64,000 nt of DNA from Vulcanimicrobiota bacterium (GTDB lineage: Bacteria > Vulcanimicrobiota > Xenobia > Xenobiales > JADMJV01), in assembly GCA_050250895.1 (NCBI GenBank), contig JBFWNU010000001.1, positions 3,392,139 to 3,456,138 on the forward strand, read 5' to 3'. A program made the translations under genes and the position numbers. This document shows positions 57,425-64,000 of the stretch, one piece after another. Under the pieces are notes generated by a model. The model did not search any database, had not been told where the DNA came from, and worked only from the letters and a program-made list of their open reading frames with translations. Each line of letters begins with the position of its first letter. Positions within the stretch are counted from its first letter, which is position 1.

Positions 57425-57444
57425 AACATTTTCAAGGAGTCAAG

Positions 57445-57939
57445 ATGAGCGCCACCAAAACTCACACCAGCCCTCGCTCCGAACGGCTGACCAATCTTCA
57501 GCGGACCCTCGTGCTGGTCAAACCCGACGCCGTGCAGCGCGGGCTGATCGGTTCCATCGTAGGCCGCTTCGAAAGCCGCGGCCTGGCCGTGGTCGCGATG
57601 AAGCTACTCAAGATGGACGAAAAACGCGCCGGCAACCTGTATGAGCCCCACCGCGGCCGTCCCTTCTACGAGCCCCTGGTCGGCTACATGACCTCGGGTC
57701 CCATCGTCGCCCTGTGCCTCGAAGGCGTCAACGCCATCGCCATGGTGCGCAAGATGCTGGGCGCCACCAATCCCCTCGAAGCCGAGCCGGGAACCATCCG
57801 TGGCGACTACTCACAGCGGGTCGACTTCAACTGTGTGCACGGTTCCGACTCGCCCGAAAGCGCCGCTCGCGAGCTGCCGATTTTCTTCGACGCCGACGAG
57901 ATGGTCGACTACGATCCTTGCCACACCCACTGGATCTAG
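57445..57939 (+). CDS. ndk: Nucleoside diphosphate kinase
   Basis: RTLVLVKPDAVQRGL, GATNP, PGTIRGD, NCVHGSDS. Confidence 0.96.
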   Translation: MSATKTHTSPRSERLTNLQRTLVLVKPDAVQRGLIGSIVGRFESRGLAVVAMKLLKMDEKRAGNLYEPHRGRPFYEPLVGYMTSGPIVALCLEGVNAIAMVRKMLGATNPLEAEPGTIRGDYSQRVDFNCVHGSDSPESAARELPIFFDADEMVDYDPCHTHWI

Positions 57940-57988
57940 TCTTCAGCATCCTCGCAAAAAGTGCCGCGCCGAGCGACCTGGGGGGGTC

Positions 57989-58804
57989 GTGAGGGGCGGC
58001 ACTCTTTATCTTGTGGCCACTCCCATCGGCAACCTCGGCGACGTAAGCCGGCGTTGCCTCGAGGTGCTCGGCCAGGTCGATCTGATCGCCAGCGAATCGC
58101 CCCCGGCTGCCAAACGGCTGCTCTCGGCCCTGGGCCTGCGCGGACGGGTGGTGCCCTTTCGCGAGGCCAACCGCGAGCAGGCCGCCCGCGACATCCTGGC
58201 CCGCCTAAAAGAGGGCCAGGCGGTGGCCCTGCTCAGCGAGGCCGGCATGCCGGCCATCTCGGACCCCGGCTGGACCCTGGTCCGGGCCTGCCACGAACAG
58301 GGGTTGGCCGTCACCTGTGTGCCCGGAGCTTCGGCTCTTACCGTGGCCGTGTCCTTATCGGGTCTACCCTCGCGCCGGCTGGTCTTCGAGGGCTTCTTGC
58401 CGCGCAAGGGCGGCGAGCGCCGCGAGGCCATCGAGCAGCTTCGCCGCGAGGCTCGCACCATCGTGCTCTTCGAGGCTCCTCACCGCATCCGCGAAACCGT
58501 GACCGACTTATTAGCGGCCCTGGGCGACCGCGAGGCCTTTCTCGGTCGCGAGTTCACCAAGCAGTTCGAGACCCTGCGTCTGGGCCGCCTTTCGACCTTG
58601 CTAGAAGACCTCGACGAACCGCGGGGCGAGTACGTGCTGGTTCTGGGTCCGGTCGATTCCGAGGATGAAACTCCTGAACTCGACCCTGAGTGGGTCGACT
58701 TTCTGCGCGACCAGGGGCTTTCCACCAGGCAGATGGCGGCCATTCTGGCTCGCCAGACCGGCCTGCCGCGGCGCCAACTCTACCAGCAACTGATGGGGGA
58801 GTGA
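57989..58804 (+). CDS. rsmI: 16S rRNA (cytidine1402-2'-O)-methyltransferase
   Basis: LYLVATPIGNLGD, SEAGMPAISDPG, PGASA, FEGFLP, FEAPHR, REFTKQFE, RGE. Confidence 0.93.
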   Translation: MRGGTLYLVATPIGNLGDVSRRCLEVLGQVDLIASESPPAAKRLLSALGLRGRVVPFREANREQAARDILARLKEGQAVALLSEAGMPAISDPGWTLVRACHEQGLAVTCVPGASALTVAVSLSGLPSRRLVFEGFLPRKGGERREAIEQLRREARTIVLFEAPHRIRETVTDLLAALGDREAFLGREFTKQFETLRLGRLSTLLEDLDEPRGEYVLVLGPVDSEDETPELDPEWVDFLRDQGLSTRQMAAILARQTGLPRRQLYQQLMGE

Positions 58805-58866
58805 GCAAGCAACCGTTTGCTTTGCGCACAGGAACGGCGGACCAACCGCAGAAAATTCCCCTGGTG

Positions 58867-59238
58867 ATGATAAATCAACCTGGCCAAAACCGCCGCCGCT
58901 ATGTTCGGCTCGCTGCCGACGAGAAGATCGATTGTGCCATCGGTGGCCAGGACGTCGTCCACGTCGTTGGCATCGGTAGCCACGGGCACGGGATGCGGGT
59001 CATCACCGACCGCGAGTTGCCCGACGGCGAAGAGATTCCAGTCTCGCTGGTGTTGGCCGGAGAAGAGTCCCAGGCCCAGGCCCGGGTGGTCTGGCAAGAA
59101 TCGTGGGACTTCGGCTTCTGCAACCGGCATGTGGCCGGCATCGAATTCACTCAGGTCAGCGATAGCTTACGCCAGAAACTGCTCGACCTGATCCCCGACG
59201 AAGACAGCCGCGAACCCGTCCCTGACGACGAGTTCTAG
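58867..59238 (+). CDS. PilZ domain protein
   Basis: NRRRYVR (RxxxR), GMRV, ARVVW, AGIEF. Confidence 0.75.
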   Translation: MINQPGQNRRRYVRLAADEKIDCAIGGQDVVHVVGIGSHGHGMRVITDRELPDGEEIPVSLVLAGEESQAQARVVWQESWDFGFCNRHVAGIEFTQVSDSLRQKLLDLIPDEDSREPVPDDEF

Positions 59239-59275
59239 CGGGGAGCGGCCTGCGGCCGAGGGGGCCGCGGGGCAG

Positions 59276-59669
59276 ACAACCACCCCGGGTCGTTGTCCGG
59301 CGGCCGCGAGGCAGACAACCACTCCAGGTCGTTGTAAACAACCACCCCGGGTCGTTGTCCGGCGGGGGCGAGGCAGACAACCACTCCAGGTCGTTGTAAA
59401 CAACCACCCCGGGTCGTTGTCCGGCGGCCGCGAGGCAGACAACCACTCCAGGTCGTTGTAAACAACCACTCCAGGTCGTTGTCCGGGGGCCGATGAGCAA
59501 GACAACCACTCCAGGTCGTTGTAAACAACCACCCCGGGTCGTTGTCCGGCGGGGGCGAGGCAGACAACCACTCCAGGTCGTTGTAAACAACCACCCCGGG
59601 TCGTTGTCCGGCGGGGGCGAGGCAGACAACCACTCCAGGTCGTTGTAAACAACCACCCCGGGTCGTTGT
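59276..59669. repeat. Intergenic array of 13 near-palindromic 21-mers (ACAACCACYCCRGGTCGTTGT) with a ~62-bp period
   Basis: Copies start at 59276, 59315, 59338, 59377, 59400, 59439, 59462, 59502, 59525, 59564, 59587, 59626 and 59649. Confidence 0.95.
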
Positions 59670-59743
59670 CCGGCGGGCGAGTTAGGGGGCGGCTCAAGCC
59701 TCCTCGACGAGGCAAAGAAAAAACGGCGCCGGAGCGCCGTCTA

Positions 59744-61057
59744 CTAGCTTTTGAAGGGGTTGCAGCGGTCGTACCAGGGCGGGGACGGCTGCGGATCGGG
59801 ATCGGGATCGGGATCGGGATCCGGATCGGGGTCGGGGGTGTGGTTCATCGCGAACACTTCGTCGACGAAGACTTTGCCGGCCCGGGTGGTCCGCTCGACG
59901 ATAGGGCCGAGCTCTTCCTCGCTGGGGTGGAAACTGTCGCCAATCTCCATCGTGATCGAGAAGACTCCGTTGGCGTGGTGAATGTCGTGGGAGCCACCGC
60001 TGGTGGGGTAGAGCCCGATGCTCTGCATCAAGCGGTAGCGGGTGTCGCCCAGGGCATCGTTCATCTTCGTGCCGACCGCTCGATAGGTCTCGACGTTTTC
60101 GACTTCCTTGTTCTCGTGGCCCCAAGGATAGAGAATCATGCCACCGTAGGAGTGAAAGTCGAGCACGCCTTTGACGTTGCCGTGGTTGAGTTCGAGTTCG
60201 AGCAACTTCTGGATCTCGATCTCGGAGGCACCGGACGGGCCGCGATAGGTGTCGCGGAAAGGATTGTCGCTGGTGGCCCGGCCGTCATCGCGGTAGTTGC
60301 AAGGCTCGTCGCCGGCGGGACGATAGATAGTGGCGTGCTCGGGGTTGTTGTCGGCATAGTTGCGGTTGAGGTCGACGCCGACCGGGTTGCCAGTGGTCGG
60401 ACCACAGGGCGTCTCTTCGATAGGCCGGCGGTTCTTGCGCCACCACGAGTCTTGTTCGCGCGAGTAGGTGTAGCCGTCGGGGTTGACCACCGGGACGAAC
60501 CAGATTTCGTTGTTGTCGAGGCGGCTCTTGCCAGCTTCGCTGCTGGAATACTCGGCCAGCACTTCGCGGGCGATGCTCATCGGCACTTCGGTGGTAGCCC
60601 ACTCACGAGCGTGATGGCAGCCGGTGACGACCACGGCCGGCTTGGCGGTGGAGTCCGAGGCCACGTTGTTGGTCACTTTGAGGGCGTAAATCTCGCGGCC
60701 TTCGTGGGTCTGGCCCAGGCTGACGCGCTTGGCCAGGTTGGGATACTGCTGCTGAAGCTGGTCAAGCTGGTCGGCCAGCTGGTCATAGCTGTGGTAGACG
60801 GCCATGGACTCGGGCTTTTTCATCTGCAGGTTGTCTTTGAAGTCCTTGAGGACCTTCTCGACGTTGACGTTGGCCAGCTGCGGGTCTGGCATGTCATCGT
60901 TGCGCTGCAGGTAGTCCAGAATCTCCTCGTCCTGCAGTTGGAGGTCCCTATTGCTGTCGATTGAACGAGCCTTCTCGGTCCGCTCGGGATGTACCTTATA
61001 GATGTCCTGTCCGCTCACGAACTGGTAGTTGCCTGCCCCCGCTGCCGATACTGCCAT
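59744..61057 (-). CDS. M14 zinc carboxypeptidase (carboxypeptidase T-like)
   Basis: HHAREW, NPDG, WRKNRR, GVDLNRNY, DFHSYG, TMEIG; (PD)n tail; AAAGGA RBS. Confidence 0.92.
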   Translation of the reverse strand: MAVSAAGAGNYQFVSGQDIYKVHPERTEKARSIDSNRDLQLQDEEILDYLQRNDDMPDPQLANVNVEKVLKDFKDNLQMKKPESMAVYHSYDQLADQLDQLQQQYPNLAKRVSLGQTHEGREIYALKVTNNVASDSTAKPAVVVTGCHHAREWATTEVPMSIAREVLAEYSSSEAGKSRLDNNEIWFVPVVNPDGYTYSREQDSWWRKNRRPIEETPCGPTTGNPVGVDLNRNYADNNPEHATIYRPAGDEPCNYRDDGRATSDNPFRDTYRGPSGASEIEIQKLLELELNHGNVKGVLDFHSYGGMILYPWGHENKEVENVETYRAVGTKMNDALGDTRYRLMQSIGLYPTSGGSHDIHHANGVFSITMEIGDSFHPSEEELGPIVERTTRAGKVFVDEVFAMNHTPDPDPDPDPDPDPDPQPSPPWYDRCNPFKS

Positions 61058-61452
61058 GACGAATCCTTTCGAAGTCTCTCGAACAGGGGTTCGAGACCCT
61101 GTTCGGGAGCGTGTTTGCTTCGTCAAACTAGCACTCGATGGCGACGCTCTCGTTTCTTTTTTGTTAACAGTCGCGCCAGGGGCTTCAAATCGGAGGTTGC
61201 ATGAACTGTTTTCTTTCTTTCGAGAAGGGATTTGATTTTTCTTCAAGAAATTCTTTTTCGACGGGCCCAGAACCGCAGAACCTAGGGCCGCAGCTTGTCC
61301 TCAGAGGCGGAGTTTCCCAGGCTAAAGGGGATCATTTCTCTGAGTGTGAGAAAAAACCCGTGAATTCGGGGGTTTTCGAGGAGGACAAGAGAAAAGCGGC
61401 GAGAAGATGGGGCCCGTCAAAAAATCAACACATCGCACTTGGAGGTATTCAA

Positions 61453-61761
61453 ATGGCGGTCAAAGCGAAAGCTAAGAAGTCCAAAGTTATCGGTAAGGCT
61501 GATCTCATTTCGGCTATCGCTGATAAGACCAATCGCTCGAAGAAGGAAGCGGCCGAGACCCTCAATGTGGTTCTCGACACGATTCAGGAGCATCTCAAGA
61601 AGGGCCGCGGCGTTCGCCTGATCCCGTTTGGTAGCTTCGAGATTCGCGAGCGTAAAGGTCGTACCGGTCGCAACCCGCGCACCGGCGAGAAGATCAAGAT
61701 CGCTGCCCGCAAAGTCCCCGCTTTCCGTCCCGGCAAAGCGCTGCGCGACGCTGTGAAGTAG
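61453..61761 (+). CDS. hup: HU family DNA-binding protein
   Basis: KADLI, FGSFE, RTGRNPRTGE, VPAFRPGKALRDAV; GGAGG RBS. Confidence 0.95.
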   Translation: MAVKAKAKKSKVIGKADLISAIADKTNRSKKEAAETLNVVLDTIQEHLKKGRGVRLIPFGSFEIRERKGRTGRNPRTGEKIKIAARKVPAFRPGKALRDAVK

Positions 61762-61778
61762 CTGACTTCGGTCCCGTG

Positions 61779-61810
61779 AAAGGCGGCTGCGGCCGCCTTT
61801 TTTCTTTTCT
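61779..61810 (+). terminator. Intrinsic terminator after HU
   Basis: AAAGGCGGC-TGCG-GCCGCCTTT followed by a T-run. Confidence 0.85.
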
Positions 61811-62078
61811 GGGGCAGAATTCCGGCGGGCAGGAGGGGAAACACGTTCTCTCTTGTATAGGGATTCTTTGGTCCTCTATAGGAAAGACCGTTCGAGGGGT
61901 AGATCCTCTTGAGTATAACGTTAGGGAATCGGGGTTAAGAGTCAGACCACCGGGTAAATTGATCGGGAGATGGGTGTCTCACGGCGGATTTTGTTGTTTT
62001 GTTACAGGGTTTTTTGTTGGTTCGGAGAAGGAGTTGAGAAGCCGGTTGGCCCCTGGTAGGAGACTGATTTACTAAGGA

Positions 62079-64000
62079 ATGAGCAACGGGATGATTGAGA
62101 GCAAGGCGCCGACGCTACCGGCCGGATCGCCTACGCTTTTGGTACAGCTCGTCGGGAGGCTCGAGGGGGCCCTCGCCGAAGACGACCCTGTTTCTGCTTG
62201 CCGTTACTTGCGTGACGCCCTGGTCTTGTTGACCGGTTACTTCGCTGGCGCGGCCACCGGTGCTCTGAAGTCGGTCGGGCCCTTCTCACACACCATCACC
62301 TACCTGCTCGAGGATTCCAGTTCGATTCTGCAGGGCGAGAAGCTTCTACGCCAGGCTTTCACTGACTGGCAGGCCCACCCTCATCACCCGGCCTACGAAA
62401 GTCTCCGAGACGTTTTCTACATTTCCAGCCGACTGCAGTCGAGTCGACTCGCTCCCCGCCGCCACACCCGCTGGTTGCAGGTAGCGGGCAGACCGGTGCT
62501 GGGCCTCGAAGAGCTGCCCAAGTGGACCCGGCGCCTGCGGCTGCGGGTCGCCAGCGGGGACGTCGACTTTTGTCGTGAACAACTTGGAAAGTACCTTCCC
62601 TTACTTCATGTGTGGGTGAAAGCATGCAGCCAGTTTTTCCAGGACTGGTCCCAGGCCGTCGAACCTGTTCAGAATAACGGTTCGGTCGACATCAAGGTGG
62701 TGTTGAAGAAGGATGACGTCCGCTTCGAACTTACTCCGCATTTTAACACCGAGCAGCTCGAATCCGAGGTCACCCTCTCTCGGGATGGCAACCTCGAACT
62801 CGGACAGCTGGGCGCGATCACCTCGCTGACGGGAGTTTCGTCGGGTGTCATGCCCGCGGTCCCTGCGGCTCCTGCCTCTTCTTTGCCTGAACTGCCCAGG
62901 ATCGAGCCCGAGGAGTCTGCCGCTGCGGCGGCCACGCCCGACCCCGCTCCAAGGGCCGAAACGCCCGTGGCTGAACCCACTCCTGCGGTTGAGGCACCGG
63001 TGCCGAACCCCGAGCCGGTCTCGGCTGCTCCGGCCGAGGAAGAAGATGACAACGACATCCAACTCGTTTGGGACGAGGCGACCGGTTCCTATCGCGTCGT
63101 AGCAGCGGTGGACCCTGACGCCGACATCGAGGGAGCATTACCGGTAACCCCCGAGCCGGTTCCTGCGCCCGAACCCCCGCCGGCACCGGCCGCTCAGGCT
63201 CCTCCCGAACCAACCCCGCCCGTGGCCGAACCAGAACCGACCGTCGAATTGCCTGTAATCCCGGCTGCTCAGGCTGCTCCGAGCTCACCCACGCCCGACC
63301 CCGGCCTGTCACCCGCCGAGTGGGCCCTCAAGGAGATCGCGGCCCTTCAGGAACAGATGCAAGAGCCGCATTCCGAGCCGGCTCCTGCACCCAACGCCGA
63401 AGAACTGTTCACCCAGGACTCGCCCGGGGGCGGCCTGGGCTTGGCCGCCCCCATTTCCGAGGCCGAGCGGGAAGCGTCCGAGCAGCAGCAATTCCAGGCG
63501 GACGAGGAGTCGGTGGAGTTCCCGAGCAGCCTGGACTCCGAGCCTGACCCCTCCATCGAGAAACTGCTCAATATCGGTCTGGCCACGGCTAGCGCCGAAG
63601 CCGAGCTGTTCAGTTCGCCGTCGGCCGCAACCGAACCCACCCCGACCGAGTCTGCACCCCCTGAACCGATCGAACCGCCGGCCATGCCCGAGCCCGAACC
63701 TGTCCCCGCGGCCGAGCCCGCTCCGGAGCCGGAAGCTTCAATCTTCGAACCGCCGGCCATGCCCGAGCCCGAACCTGTCCCCGCGGCCGAGCCCCAGCCG
63801 GCTCCGGAAGCTTCCGTCTTCGAGCCGCCAACCATGCCCGAACCCGAACCTGTTCCCGCAGTCGAGCCGGAGCCGGCTCCGGAAGCTTCAATCTTCGAAC
63901 CGCCGGCCATGCCCGAACCCGAACCCGTTCCCGCGGCCGAGCCCGATCCGGCTCCGGAAGCTTCGGTCTTCGAGCCGCCAACCATGCCCGAACCCGAACC
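62079..64000 (+). CDS. Large hypothetical protein with a Pro/Glu-rich repeat region (partial, runs off the right edge)
   Basis: ATG 62079 (MSNGMIESKAPTLPAGSP...); the same frame encodes the EPPAMPEPEP repeats near the window end. Confidence 0.75.
   Translation, partial: MSNGMIESKAPTLPAGSPTLLVQLVGRLEGALAEDDPVSACRYLRDALVLLTGYFAGAATGALKSVGPFSHTITYLLEDSSSILQGEKLLRQAFTDWQAHPHHPAYESLRDVFYISSRLQSSRLAPRRHTRWLQVAGRPVLGLEELPKWTRRLRLRVASGDVDFCREQLGKYLPLLHVWVKACSQFFQDWSQAVEPVQNNGSVDIKVVLKKDDVRFELTPHFNTEQLESEVTLSRDGNLELGQLGAITSLTGVSSGVMPAVPAAPASSLPELPRIEPEESAAAAATPDPAPRAETPVAEPTPAVEAPVPNPEPVSAAPAEEEDDNDIQLVWDEATGSYRVVAAVDPDADIEGALPVTPEPVPAPEPPPAPAAQAPPEPTPPVAEPEPTVELPVIPAAQAAPSSPTPDPGLSPAEWALKEIAALQEQMQEPHSEPAPAPNAEELFTQDSPGGGLGLAAPISEAEREASEQQQFQADEESVEFPSSLDSEPDPSIEKLLNIGLATASAEAELFSSPSAATEPTPTESAPPEPIEPPAMPEPEPVPAAEPAPEPEASIFEPPAMPEPEPVPAAEPQPAPEASVFEPPTMPEPEPVPAVEPEPAPEASIFEPPAMPEPEPVPAAEPDPAPEASVFEPPTMPEPE
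63672..64000 (+). repeat. 75-bp coding tandem repeat (EPP[AT]MPEPEPVPAxEPxPxPEAS[IV]F)
   Basis: Units start at 63672, 63747, 63822, 63897 and 63972 (truncated). Confidence 0.9.

Noticed and set aside
59276-59669. CRISPR array
   Set aside because: Inter-repeat segments are 2 nt or 18-19 nt and near-identical rather than unique spacers, and there are no cas genes in the window.
59156-59715. Three minus-strand repeat ORFs over the array
   Set aside because: They are translation products of the DNA repeat in every frame, with no RBS or protein-like features.

Overview
GC-rich bacterial chromosomal window with tightly packed genes. The gene style is suggestive of Ca. Eremiobacterota/Vulcanimicrobiota (Xenobia-like), but this is inference only. 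The main discovery is a ~11.6 kb RiPP locus (12763-24383) with two unannotated 46-aa paeninodin-type lasso-peptide precursors (23771-23911 and 24243-24383, both absent from the ORF track), an RRE/PqqD protein and an asparagine-synthetase-like cyclase. Its tailoring set is unusually rich: a GT8 glycosyltransferase fused to an HPr-kinase-like kinase, two Asp/Asn beta-hydroxylases, a TIGR03032 protein, two sulfotransferases, an FAAL-ACP-acyltransferase and a B12 radical SAM enzyme. Both predicted cores place the acceptor Asp at position 10 (canonical rings are 7-9) and end in Ser, and no B2 leader peptidase is visible. Other notable items are a tRNA-Pro gene with anticodon AGG (A34), a 13-copy array of a near-palindromic 21-mer, a MITE-like hairpin element, a shared D-x-[VI]-x-[LI] motif at residues 33-37 of four unrelated proteins lacking signal peptides, strong CTCGAG over-representation and several leaderless promoters. 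The rest is a large signalling cluster (CheB/CheR, histidine kinases, HD-GYP, BTAD), proteases and housekeeping genes (sodA, dusC, wecB, ndk, rsmI, HU). Two signalling genes are interrupted (one in-frame stop, one frameshift), which may be real or sequencing error.
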